The notes: a model not told the origin generated them from the sequence alone. Positions 39,109 to 49,338 are shown, counted from the first letter of the stretch. The stretch: 64,000 nt of DNA from Macrostomum hystrix (GCA_950097015.1 CATNEN010000039.1:4836001-4900000), one strand, 5' to 3'. Numbers and translations: made by a program.

Positions 39109-39557
39109 CTATATATAAGTAGTAATGAGTAGTAATTTATAACTCAACTTGCGTTGATCGTTAACTTTTCTGGTTGTGCTACGCGTCCATGGCAACCATC
39201 TTGAATGACTTCTATATTCTCCAGACTGCAGACTAAATCTGAGCCGAATTTTCATCTTAAAATATTCATAACTAACACTACAAGCTGGCCGATCTTCCTG
39301 ACCGCAGCTTTGCATGTAGCTGTATTATCCTAGTAATATTAGCATACCGTAACAATGTCTCATAATCACAACTCCTTCAATTTCAACTAAAATCTAAAAC
39401 ATGGGTCTGACACTCACATAACTAAATTCTCAGTAGACAAAATCGTAGCAATAATATGGAGACAATTCCCTCAGTTAACTCTCTCACTTCTCACTTTCAC
39501 TTCCTTGACATTTTAACCATCATGGTCTCGGCGGAATTTTAGTCACTTAAGAAGACT

Positions 39558-41144
39558 TCAATGATAATAATACGCAGGCGGCCTAATGTTCGCGCGGTCT
39601 CTCAGCCGCCGACCCCAGGCTGCTGCCGGAGGTGTGTCCCCTCGCTGAGGAGTCGGAATGCGACCCGCAGTCGCCTGTCTTGGCGGACTGACTAGCCCCG
39701 GGCTCTGCCTAGCTGGCGTCTCGTCCGGGCTCACCACTCTGGGCGGAGTCCGCGGACTGTTTCTTTCTCCCTGTCCTGTCTGTGGACTGGTCTGTTGTCC
39801 TGTCTGTGGACTGGTCTGTTGTCCTGTCTGTGGACTGGCATTAGCAGTATTCTGAATTCTATCCCTTTCGCTGACTCTATCTCTAGCACCTTCACCTTCT
39901 CTGTCCCGGCGGATTAGATTTCCTAAGCTTGGTCTCTGGACTTCTATTTGAATGCTAGACTCTTCCGAGTCTTCTTCTTCTACAGGGCGGTCATCTCCAT
40001 TTCGCCACTGCCGCAACTGGTCGTCTCTAAGATGGCAGGGTTTTGCTCTGTCTACAGTGATCACATCATGAATTCTTGCTGGCTGTTCTATGCCATCAAC
40101 TTTTGGTCCAGGCTCGACTTTCAGATTTTTTCCATTATTCCTAACTTCTATGACTCTGTATGGTCCGACCCATTTCCTGTTACTGTCGAAACATTTCTGG
40201 GTATTCGCGAGCCATATCAGGTCTCCTGCTTTGTAGAAATTTCTAAAGACTTTGGCGTCATAATTAGTCTTCTGTCGGTTTACCGAAATTTTCTGCTTTT
40301 CTCTGGCAATTCTAAAGGACTCCATGCACTTCCTATATAGATCGTGTACGTGCCTGTCACGGGTTTTGCGCTCCGGCGAAGGCAGGCCGAGTTCGGCGTC
40401 AACCGGAAGCCGCATCTTTTGCCCGTACATTAATTCGAATGGGCTGAACTTGTTACTTTCGCTAACAGTACTTCTCTGCACCATCAAGGCGTGTGGGAGC
40501 ACTTCGTCCCATGCTAAATCAAGCTCGCTCTGGGATAATATAATACTGTCTTTTACAACTCTCACCATCCGCTCGCAGCGGCCGTTAGCCTGCGGGTGAT
40601 AACTTGCGGTATGGCGGAGATCTATTTTAAAATTGTCAGCTAATGATTTCACTATTTCAGAAGTAAAAGAAGCACCACGATCCGACACAAAAGCTTCCGG
40701 AGCTCCGTGACGCGTGATCCACTCTGTGTAGAGGGCCCAGGCTGTGCTCTCAGCCGTACAGTCCCTTAAAGCTTTAACTTCTAGCCATCCTGTAAAATGA
40801 TCTACCATCAGCAGGAGATATTTATTTCCCCTCGCTGTGGCGTTAAATGGGCCTGCAAAATCGATGTGCACTTTCTCGCCCATGTAGCCGCTGACTTCTG
40901 GCTCTAATGGTGCTCTCAGATTTGGACCAGACTTCTTCCTAGTCTGACATTCGGCGCAAGTTTTGATGTATTTCTCTAAATTAGTCGAATAATTAGGCCA
41001 CCAAAATCTTTGGCGGATCAAATCTTTCGTTTTTGAAATGCCGCCATGGGCCATCTGATCATGGTAAGATCGAAATAGCTGATTCTCTAGCTCTGGGTTC
41101 TCGGGTAGCACTATCTGCTCGAATTTTTTTCGGCGTCGTGCCAC
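39558..41144 (-). CDS. pol: Gypsy integrase, frameshifted from RT/RNase H at an A7 run (~41124-41130)
   Basis: HHCC (YHDQMAHGG...CAEC), D-D-E (HIDFAGP, SDRG, ERMV), GPY motif, Pro/Arg-rich tail; no chromodomain seen. Confidence 0.93.
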   Translation of the reverse strand: MARRRKKFEQIVLPENPELENQLFRSYHDQMAHGGISKTKDLIRQRFWWPNYSTNLEKYIKTCAECQTRKKSGPNLRAPLEPEVSGYMGEKVHIDFAGPFNATARGNKYLLLMVDHFTGWLEVKALRDCTAESTAWALYTEWITRHGAPEAFVSDRGASFTSEIVKSLADNFKIDLRHTASYHPQANGRCERMVRVVKDSIILSQSELDLAWDEVLPHALMVQRSTVSESNKFSPFELMYGQKMRLPVDAELGLPSPERKTRDRHVHDLYRKCMESFRIAREKQKISVNRQKTNYDAKVFRNFYKAGDLIWLANTQKCFDSNRKWVGPYRVIEVRNNGKNLKVEPGPKVDGIEQPARIHDVITVDRAKPCHLRDDQLRQWRNGDDRPVEEEDSEESSIQIEVQRPSLGNLIRRDREGEGARDRVSERDRIQNTANASPQTGQQTSPQTGQQTSPQTGQGERNSPRTPPRVVSPDETPARQSPGLVSPPRQATAGRIPTPQRGDTPPAAAWGRRLRDRANIRPPAYYYH

Positions 41145-44100
41145 ACTCTGTAAATGACATTGTTTTTTACTATTAACTGGTCGTAATCGCTATATAATGA
41201 CTTGTAACTTCGACTCAGGCCTGCCCATTCAGTCTTGGGTGGACAGTGCTCGCATTGAATGAGTCGGTTTTTTAATAAGATTAATTCTGGTTGACTGTCT
41301 TGCAAGTCGATGATTCCTGCTGGCGTGTCAATATCTATTGCGCCGCAGTGAATAGAGTCAGCTTTTGTGGCACTGCACGTGGGACACTCTTCGTGGTATC
41401 TCTTAGGAGGACCGTCCCTCTGCGGCCTGCGACTTAAAGCGTCTGCGTTTCCATGGCAACTGCCCTGGCGGTAGTGGATAGCAAAATCATATTCTTCCAA
41501 TCGGGAAATTACTTCGAACTGGTCGAACTGCTCTAGGATCATGTTCCAACGCCCTAACATTCCTTTGGCGCCGTTGCATTTTCTAAGCCACTGCAGGGCT
41601 GCATGGTCCGTCCGTACTTTGAAATGACGACCTACCAAGTAGGGCCGGTAGTGTTCCAAGAAATAAATTAGGGCAAACATTTCCTTCATAGTAGTGCAGT
41701 AGTTCAATTGGTGCTCATTCAGCGGGTGGGACGCGTAGGCAATTACTTTTTCCTCGCCGTCCTGCTCTTGCAGCAAGTTACCGCCAATAGACACGTCACA
41801 GGCGTCGACATCCAGGATAAACGGTCCTGTGTCGTTATCGAACCTAGGGTAGCTCAAAATAGGGGCGCTGACAAGCTTCTGCTTCAAGGTGTCGAACGCT
41901 CTTTGGCAATTCTCGTCCCACTTGTACTTAACATCTTTCCTAGTTAAATTGTTCAACGGCTCACTTATTCTGGCAAAGTCCTTAATAAAGCGTCGGTAAT
42001 AGCCGGCTAATCCTAAGAATCCGCGCAGCTCAGAGATGTTCTCTGGCCGGGGCCATTTCTGAACTTTTTCTATTTTATCTTGGCTGGTGTAAATGCCATG
42101 CTGACAGACTGTATGTCCTAAAAAGGTAACTTCTTTTCTGAATAAGAATGTCTTTTCTGGCTTGATCTTCATGCCTGCGTCTGCTAGTCGACTAAATATT
42201 AAATCTAAATTCGTCATCATTTCTAAGAAATTCTTGCCGGTACAAATGACATCGTCTAAATAGAGTAGGGCAAACTTGTAAGCATAGTCTCCCAGGATCT
42301 TCTGCATGATGCGCTGGAAACATGCGGGCCCATTTGTCACTCCAAACGGAAGTACCTTCCACTGGAACAAGCCGTCATGGGTTCGAAACGCCAACTTCTC
42401 TCTGTCAGTCTCGCGGACTTTGACAGACCAGTAAGCGCCGCCCATGTCTAGGGTGCTAAAGTACGTGTTGCCTGCCAGGGATTCCAAAGATTCTTGAATG
42501 AGTGGCAAAGGAAAACTATCTTTCTTGGTTTTGTTGTTTAATTGCCTGAAGTCGCAACAAAATCTGAATTCTCCGGATTTCTTCTTGGCAAGGACAATTG
42601 GGCAACTCCATTCGGACTCTGAAGGCTCTATTAGGTCATGCTCTGACAGCTGCCGCACATGCTCGCTGGCAAACTGTCGCTGCTCTGGGCTCTGTCGCCG
42701 CAGAGGAATCCTCACCGGACTTTCATCCGTGGTTTCAATCTTGAATTCGCCCATCGTGGTCTTGCCAATGTCCCACTGATCTTTAGAGATTATGTGTCTA
42801 TAGCGATATAATAATTCAATGACCTGCCCCTTTTGGGCTTCTTTTAGGTCGGTTTCATCTAATCTGAATTGCTGTCGAAGACTTTCTGCTTCTTTCATAG
42901 AGACTTGAGTCCTCTGACGCTGCGGTCCGGCTTCCAAGTCTGTCTCCGACATAGTGAATATTTCAATTTCTTCTTTCAAAGGCTGATATTCGGCGATGAC
43001 CTCATCCTTATGGATAGTCTGAGTCTCGTCGGTTAGATTCATTAGTCTGACGAAAGTTTCGCCGAATTCATCTAGTCTGGTCAAGGCCTTGGCCACTAAA
43101 AGCTCATCTTTGTCACTACTCTGACTCTGGCCTGTCACGAAGCCGAGCTCAGCAGCTTCCGGGGTTTCCTTGCACTTAGCTTTGACATAGATCTCGCTCA
43201 TTGGTGCTATTGTTGTCTTTCTGACTACTTGCAGTAGCACGCATCGAGTTTCGTCACTCGAGCTCACGAGCGGGATTAGTTTGTTATTAAATTCTAGAGT
43301 CTGGTTTGCAATGTCAATCTTGATTTTGTGCCTGGCTAACAGATCAATGCCGATGATGGATGATGTAAGAAGGCCCTCCGCAACATAGAATGGGTGCGTA
43401 ACCTCACAGTCTCCAATCCGTACGCGAAGTGCTACTTGGCCTAGTAAATTAGAAGTTTGTCCGTTTGCGGACCGCATGGTGACTGAGCAAGATTTAAGAT
43501 TGCTATTGTCGGTAAACAGACGCTGATAAAGTTTTTTATCTATTAGACAGTTAGAGGCGCCTGTGTCTATTAATATCTTCTCACTTAAGCCGTTGACTTG
43601 GCTGTCTAGAAAAAGACCTGAGTTAATCGCTTGACTGGAGATTTCAGCTTCTTTAACTTCTCTCTCTTGTTTCTTTGCAGATTTCTTCTCTTTTGCTTCT
43701 TCTTTTTGGATGGCGGTGTTGAATTTCTGTAATTCTTTTCTAATCTCTTTTAGTTGTGCTTTTAATTCGGCGATCGCTTCGCCCTCCTCGCACTCTTTTT
43801 TATTCTCGTTAGGCTTATCCAGAGCTCCTCCTACCAGCGACTGGCGTAGAGTCTGAATCTCGGACTTTAACTCTGATAGTTCTATGGTAATAACTGACTT
43901 GTCCGGCAACGACTTTTTCTGTTCTAGTTCACTAAGTCTGAGTTCGAAACCGCTAAGTTCACTGCGCTGGGCTGTAGCAGTCTCTTTCTGTGCTATGCGC
44001 TGCTCCGCAGCTTCTGATTTGGGTTCGACTTGTCTGGCTGGGCTTTCTGGCCCTTCTTGTCTCACCTCAGCGAGTCTCATCTCGTCTCTAGAACAAGTCT

Positions 44101-44344
44101 GAACGCATATTGCTCGCTGCTTCCTACTGTGCGTAGCATCGTTAGTTCGGATGAACCTGACAGGCGCTTTTCTGCGCAAAAATTGCATCAGGTCAAAGTC
44201 AGTCAATCCGTTAGTGTCAGTGGCATGAAAGAAAATATCACTCTTATTAAAATCTCTAATAAAACCATAACCTCTAACATAATTGTACCATACTAGATGG
44301 CCGTACTCGGTCTTCCGGGCCTGGCTTCTGATTCTGCAGCGTTC
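41111..44344 (-). CDS. pol: Gypsy Pol: cold-shock domain, coiled coil, aspartic protease, RT, RNase H
   Basis: Frame is open from 44344; CSD motifs RGYGFI and DIFFH; LIDTGAS; FCCDFRQLN, LPFGVTNGP, YLDD; ILDVDAC...EMFA...RTDH...NADALSR. Confidence 0.93.
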   Translation of the reverse strand, partial: ERCRIRSQARKTEYGHLVWYNYVRGYGFIRDFNKSDIFFHATDTNGLTDFDLMQFLRRKAPVRFIRTNDATHSRKQRAICVQTCSRDEMRLAEVRQEGPESPARQVEPKSEAAEQRIAQKETATAQRSELSGFELRLSELEQKKSLPDKSVITIELSELKSEIQTLRQSLVGGALDKPNENKKECEEGEAIAELKAQLKEIRKELQKFNTAIQKEEAKEKKSAKKQEREVKEAEISSQAINSGLFLDSQVNGLSEKILIDTGASNCLIDKKLYQRLFTDNSNLKSCSVTMRSANGQTSNLLGQVALRVRIGDCEVTHPFYVAEGLLTSSIIGIDLLARHKIKIDIANQTLEFNNKLIPLVSSSDETRCVLLQVVRKTTIAPMSEIYVKAKCKETPEAAELGFVTGQSQSSDKDELLVAKALTRLDEFGETFVRLMNLTDETQTIHKDEVIAEYQPLKEEIEIFTMSETDLEAGPQRQRTQVSMKEAESLRQQFRLDETDLKEAQKGQVIELLYRYRHIISKDQWDIGKTTMGEFKIETTDESPVRIPLRRQSPEQRQFASEHVRQLSEHDLIEPSESEWSCPIVLAKKKSGEFRFCCDFRQLNNKTKKDSFPLPLIQESLESLAGNTYFSTLDMGGAYWSVKVRETDREKLAFRTHDGLFQWKVLPFGVTNGPACFQRIMQKILGDYAYKFALLYLDDVICTGKNFLEMMTNLDLIFSRLADAGMKIKPEKTFLFRKEVTFLGHTVCQHGIYTSQDKIEKVQKWPRPENISELRGFLGLAGYYRRFIKDFARISEPLNNLTRKDVKYKWDENCQRAFDTLKQKLVSAPILSYPRFDNDTGPFILDVDACDVSIGGNLLQEQDGEEKVIAYASHPLNEHQLNYCTTMKEMFALIYFLEHYRPYLVGRHFKVRTDHAALQWLRKCNGAKGMLGRWNMILEQFDQFEVISRLEEYDFAIHYRQGSCHGNADALSRRPQRDGPPKRYHEECPTCSATKADSIHCGAIDIDTPAGIIDLQDSQPELILLKNRLIQCEHCPPKTEWAGLSRSYKSLYSDYDQLIVKNNVIYRVWHDAEKNSSR

Positions 44345-44384
44345 CTATTTACAATTCGAGGATTTACATTAGGAGCAAATAAAT

Positions 44385-45154
44385 TCAATTGTTGGGGGCG
44401 GTCGACCCTCCTCTGACGCCGCCCCGTCTGGAGTTTAAAGGATATCTACTTTGTGGGCAATCCCTCGCGAAATGGCTTGCGTGGCCGCACACAAAACAAC
44501 CTCGCTGCGGTTTCAACGCGTTCTTCCCTTGCGGGTTAAACCTGTCATCGGCCCGTCGGGCCTCGTAACCGAAACGCGGGGCTGTCTGCGGAGGTCCACT
44601 GTAGGATGCCGACTGTCTATGGTAAGGCCTGGTGTAGCTGCTCATCTGAGGCTGGAAATAGTTGTGAGGCGTTTGTGGTGCCTGCGGCCTGTAATGCTGG
44701 GTCATTTGCCCGGGAGTGAATCTGTGTTGCTGCAGCCGGTAATCTAGCTGGGGCTGTACGGAGTAGTGTTCCGGCGGCACGTACAGTGGCTCAGCTGGCT
44801 GCTGACCCTGTCTCACAGTCGCTGCTGACTGCGGCTGTCTCTTTTGACTTTCTATCTGTGTAGTGAGGGTGTCCGTGCCTTCTGCCCTCTTGGGTCTGTG
44901 GCTGCCTTGGTTGGCTAGCTCTTCTAGGATTTCCTCGTTCTTGGCTGCTACTAGCAGATCTCTAGTCTGGAATTTTGCTTCATGAGTTCTCCTATACGAA
45001 ATGACTGCTCTTCTAACCTTATAGTTGGATAGGCCGGCTTCGAATCTCTCTGATATTCTCTCTCTTGCTTGGGCCTCTAGTCCGGCCTTCCTGACTAGTT
45101 CCACTAAAGCGTCATAGAATTCTTCTAGAGACTCTCCTTCCTTCTGTTTTCTGT
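44385..45154 (-). CDS. gag: Gypsy gag, 3' half with CCHC zinc knuckle
   Basis: RKQKEGESLEEFYDAL (Retrotrans_gag-like); CFVCGHASHFARDC; joins in frame to 60460-60907 once the Polinton and one TSD copy are removed (...KLELM|NRKQKEG...). Confidence 0.92.
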
Positions 45155-45160
45155 TCATCA

Positions 45161-46014
45161 AGTAGTATGCAAGAGGGGGCTTCTAGGACAAAAATAATCG
45201 CAGCCTCCATTATCCACAAACCATTACTTTTATTATTCCCGAAGAGATCAGGAAAAAAAGGGTCCCCACCTCTCTCTAAAAAACTCCGTCTCCATATTCT
45301 AAATTCTCTACTTTTAATATTCCACATCAGTTTGTAAGTTTAATATCTAGGACAAAAATTATCGCAGCCTCCTTAATGCACAAACCATTACCTTTCCTGA
45401 AGGAAAAAGGTTCCCCGCCAAAAAAAAATACTTTCCAGTTTGTGAACTTGGACAAAAAAAATTATCGCAGCCACTCCCTAAGAGATCATGCACAAAATAG
45501 CGAAGCTGCAAAAAGCGTGCCAAGACAATCAAATTAGCACTAAAATCCCAATCCCCAAACTCAAGACCCCAAACCTAGGGTGCTCATCCTCCGAAAAAAA
45601 ATTATATTCTCATAAAAAATGCTCCCAACCGTCTCTCCAGGATCTTATTACAAAAGTCATGAGCCTAATTACAAGAGTAAATACCGATGCAAACAAGAAT
45701 GCAGCGAGTACATGAGAAAATATTGGCCCGGCGTGGATATCAATGTCCCTAATATTAATCAAGCTCTCCAAAGACACTGGTTTCATAAGTATGGAGTAAC
45801 CATAAAGGACTATGACAGCTACTATAACTTTGCAGAAATCATTAAGCAGCTTACATTCTCTCAATGATCAACGTCAATACAAACTCTTCACCGTTGAAAT
45901 CAACGCCAACACCATCTTCCGTCTCAAACTGCAGCACAATCTCGTGAATCTCCTTATTACTTAGCACAACTCTTTTCACTGGATTTGGTTTCTCTACCAG
46001 CATCTGTCCTCCAG
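45161..46014. repeat. Polinton left TIR (854 bp)
   Basis: Reverse complement of 59770-60459 plus a 164-bp segment between internal direct repeats at 45182 and 45346. Confidence 0.92.
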
Positions 46015-46386
46015 AACTCCTCCAGAAATCGAAAAGCAAACTTAAAAGCTTTCTAAAACATACTGAGTTGGTAGTTCAATGATTCACAAGTATATTTACA
46101 TAAGATGCAAAGGAGGAAAAAGCTGACACTATGAGAGCGCAGTGCCATCCGGTTGAGAATTTCCTCCGCGACGTGCGAGCTAGTTGCAAGGCTGGAAATG
46201 AGTGAAGATTGAGAAAGAGCAAGATATTTTAGACCCTCACACAATACAAAATCGATATTATTCGGATCTAGAATAATATTGATTTTCCTCCTGCTCATTT
46301 CGTGTACAGCAAATTGTATAGGGCAGAGTTCTTCCAGGGTTGATATAGATTTATACTTACTGGGTATACGTGCGCGTATTGGGTCT

Positions 46387-47213
46387 TTAACCCTCCTGCA
46401 TATCCTCGGTTCCACCAGCTGCTGCCACATTTGCCGCCCCAGGAATAACAACGTTACCATGAGCACCTTCTGGCATTTGATTGGCTTGCGGAACTGTTGG
46501 GTCAGTCCAAATATTTGCGTCGCGTTGGAAGCGGTACTCACTTAAAATGAGAGTAGCGTTATCCAACAAGAAGGAAACTCGGACTTTACAGTGTTGCAAC
46601 CGAGGCAGCGATGTCAGAAGTTCATACATTTTGAGCTTCTTCTGCACCTCATGTTCCTTAACACCAAAAGTTTCCGCAACCCTCCGATTTGAGGTCCGAT
46701 GTCTGGATTTTTCCTTCTTATATATAAGCCCCATGCAGAAAGCCGCAGCAACAGACTTCCCATCCACCTGTTGCTCCGTTTTTAAGAGTTCTGTATGGGG
46801 CGTACGATAAGAATCGTCCGAATCCATTTTGAATTCGGCAACAAAGTTCCTCATTTGTTGATAACTAAGAAGCGAATCTTCATCAGCAAAAAATGATCGG
46901 CGAAGTTCGGCAAACACCATTTCGGTTCTCATGGCATAGTTGCGATCCTGGACCTCCATGGCCGCTCTTGACCGAATTCGCTGGTTCTCAACTTTTTCAT
47001 TGAAGAAATGATGAAGAACTTCTCGAATTCTCTCTGATGCCTGTTCGTTGGCATGCAATCCTTCAACGAGGCGACCGTGGAGATTTTCTAGGTCAGTTGA
47101 GTAGAACGTAATTTTTTGTGGACTAAAAAGAACGATTTAATTAAAAAATATATATTTCAATTCTTACCATAGGATTATCAGGAAGTAAAAATAAATAAAT
47201 AAACTTACAACAT
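46387..47213 (-). CDS. Polinton accessory protein, probably spliced (exons 47213-47209 and 47122-46387); helical, possible HTH regulator
   Basis: The ORF track start is TTG; ATGTT|GTAAGT...TTTTTAG|T CCA gives in-frame MFPQKITFY... across an 86-nt intron. Confidence 0.6.
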
Positions 47214-47294
47214 GATGAAATCAGCAGCCACAACAGTGGAGTATCGTGCGTGACGAAGAACGTTCGCGGGTGAAATGAGCTGAATTTGCTTGAA

Positions 47295-47753
47295 TCACTC
47301 TGCGCTCTCAACACCCAGCTCTTTCAGCAGAACTCCTAGTTCTTTACTTGGAGCATGCAATATAAAGCCAATTCCACCACCACACACCCCACCAATCCCC
47401 AACCCCAACTTTGTCTTACCAAAAATAACAGCTTTAACTAGCTTCCGAGCGATCGATTCCCTCCACCCGCTTGAAGCCCCCATATTGTCTAGCATTCTGA
47501 GCATTTCTTTGTCCCAGCGAGTCTTCTCCTCTGGAAAATCCCTATACTTAATATCATGCCACATACAGACAGAGTCTAGCTCGTTCACGGGCTCATGCCC
47601 AGGATTTGGATTATTGTTTTTATCTAGCTGTATTTCAAGCGGATTCAAAGGCCCGCAATATTTGTAGCCGGGAATTGTCCAGCCTTTGTTTGGATGAGGA
47701 AGCTTTTCTACCAGTCCATGTGAGTCTAAGTTACCACCAGAGCGTTGCATCAT
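47295..47753 (-). CDS. Parvovirus-VP1u-type phospholipase A2
   Basis: PGYKYCGPLN calcium loop and PVNELDSVCMWHDIKY catalytic HD motif. Confidence 0.88.
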   Translation of the reverse strand: MMQRSGGNLDSHGLVEKLPHPNKGWTIPGYKYCGPLNPLEIQLDKNNNPNPGHEPVNELDSVCMWHDIKYRDFPEEKTRWDKEMLRMLDNMGASSGWRESIARKLVKAVIFGKTKLGLGIGGVCGGGIGFILHAPSKELGVLLKELGVESAE

Positions 47754-47780
47754 TTTTTATAAAAAATTAAATAAAAAACA

Positions 47781-48770
47781 ATGGCAGATTCGAAACTTCA
47801 AAAGATCTACTACAGTGACAAAGGATTCTTTGTAGGAAAAAATTCAGTCACCAAACTCGCAGAACTAAGCAATGAATCAAAACAAACAGTTGAAAGATGG
47901 CTCTCTAAGCAAGCAGTTTACCAAGTCTATTTCCCACCTGTTAAATTTACAAGACCTCACTTTAACATCTATAAACCTAATGAAGCGCACCAAGCAGATC
48001 TTCTGTTTCTCCCCAATGACTCAGGCTACAAGTATGCGCTCACAGTTATAGACATTGCCTCCAGATATAAGGAAGCGAGACCGCTTAAGACTAAGAAGTC
48101 AGAAGCAGTTGCAGCTGCTCTCCAAGACATTTACAAAAACTCACCGCTCACATACCCCCAAACCTTTATGACTGATCCTGGCAAAGAATTCATGGGTGCA
48201 GTCAAATCCCTTATGGAAAAGAACAATATGAAAATGCGCTACGGAAGAACTGAGCTCCATAGAGACCAGGCTTTTGTTGAAAGATTCAATCTAACTTTAG
48301 CAAAGAGACTTTTCACAAAGCAGACAGCTGAAGAGCTGAAACTAAAAAGTGGCCAATACTATACCAAGTGGACAGAAAGACTCCCCGCAGTAATAAGTCA
48401 ACTGAACAATGAAGTATCTCGAATGACAAACCTGAAACCAAATACTGCCATCAAACAAGACACAGTTGAATCAAAACATCCGATCGCCAATTTCAACTAT
48501 CCAAAGCTCCCTGGCGTTTATTCCCCGGAAATTCTTACTAACTCTGAATTCGTTCGCTTCCTTTACTTACCAGGAGAGCTGGAGAAGGACACAAAGAGAA
48601 GAGCAACAGACCCATACTTTAGTCTTGATGTACATAAGATAAACAGGCATTTCACATCAGCATCCGGTGATTACTATTTTCTATCCCAAGACTTTAATTC
48701 AAAAGCTCCCACACGATCATTCACAAGGGCTGAGCTTCTAGTGATTCCACATGATACAGAAAAAAATTAA
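47781..48770 (+). CDS. Polinton retroviral-like (rve) integrase
   Basis: HQADLL, IDIASRY, TDPGKEF and VERFNLTL give a D-D-E triad. Confidence 0.93.
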   Translation: MADSKLQKIYYSDKGFFVGKNSVTKLAELSNESKQTVERWLSKQAVYQVYFPPVKFTRPHFNIYKPNEAHQADLLFLPNDSGYKYALTVIDIASRYKEARPLKTKKSEAVAAALQDIYKNSPLTYPQTFMTDPGKEFMGAVKSLMEKNNMKMRYGRTELHRDQAFVERFNLTLAKRLFTKQTAEELKLKSGQYYTKWTERLPAVISQLNNEVSRMTNLKPNTAIKQDTVESKHPIANFNYPKLPGVYSPEILTNSEFVRFLYLPGELEKDTKRRATDPYFSLDVHKINRHFTSASGDYYFLSQDFNSKAPTRSFTRAELLVIPHDTEKN

Positions 48771-48786
48771 ATTTTTTTTAAATAAA

Positions 48787-49215
48787 ATGATTGAAACCAG
48801 AACCGTGAATAAAATCAGCAGAATTATCGACTCTAAGAAGCCAGGAGTTGTATCAATTAAAGGTGTCAAAGTCAAAGTAGATCCAATCCAGCAAATGATC
48901 CATTGTAACAATCAAACGCACAATATCACTGATGAGAAGACAGGTGGGATTCTTCCTTTGCTAACTCTTATCCCCATCATCGCAGGTGCTCTTGGTGCTG
49001 CAGGAGGTGTAGCCGGCGGAGTTGCATCAGCTGTGAAGGCTGGCAATGACAGAGCACATCAACAAGAGATGGAGAAAATCGCTAGAGAAAAAGGAGTCAG
49101 AATCGGGGGTAGTTGTGAATCTGATGAATCAGCTGATGAATCAGTCAGCAAATCAGAAATCGTTAAAGCCATCATGACACTGCATAAAGCAGGATTTACA
49201 ATACTCCGGATGTGA
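48787..49215 (+). CDS. Adenovirus pX-like virion core protein
   Basis: GGILPLLTLIPIIAGALGAAGGVAGGVASAV closely resembles the adenoviral pX C-terminal GGILPLLIP.IAAAIGA..GIASVA segment. Confidence 0.7.
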   Translation: MIETRTVNKISRIIDSKKPGVVSIKGVKVKVDPIQQMIHCNNQTHNITDEKTGGILPLLTLIPIIAGALGAAGGVAGGVASAVKAGNDRAHQQEMEKIAREKGVRIGGSCESDESADESVSKSEIVKAIMTLHKAGFTILRM

Positions 49216-49338
49216 AAACGAAACAGAACAGAATCTGCTCTCATAACTATATTTAGCACTGTTGGTAGTAGTTTGCCATACTTTACACTTAACTTGAGGG
49301 TGACCACCCTACATTTTTTAATAAAATTTTCATTAAAA

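Noticed and set aside
37935-39557. env-like third ORF
   Set aside because: Only short ORFs under 70 aa; no signal peptide/TM architecture.
41111-41144. Programmed frameshift between RNase H and integrase
   Set aside because: Falls in an A7 homopolymer; a single-base indel (mutation or long-read error) is far more likely, and Gypsy RT-INT is normally one frame.
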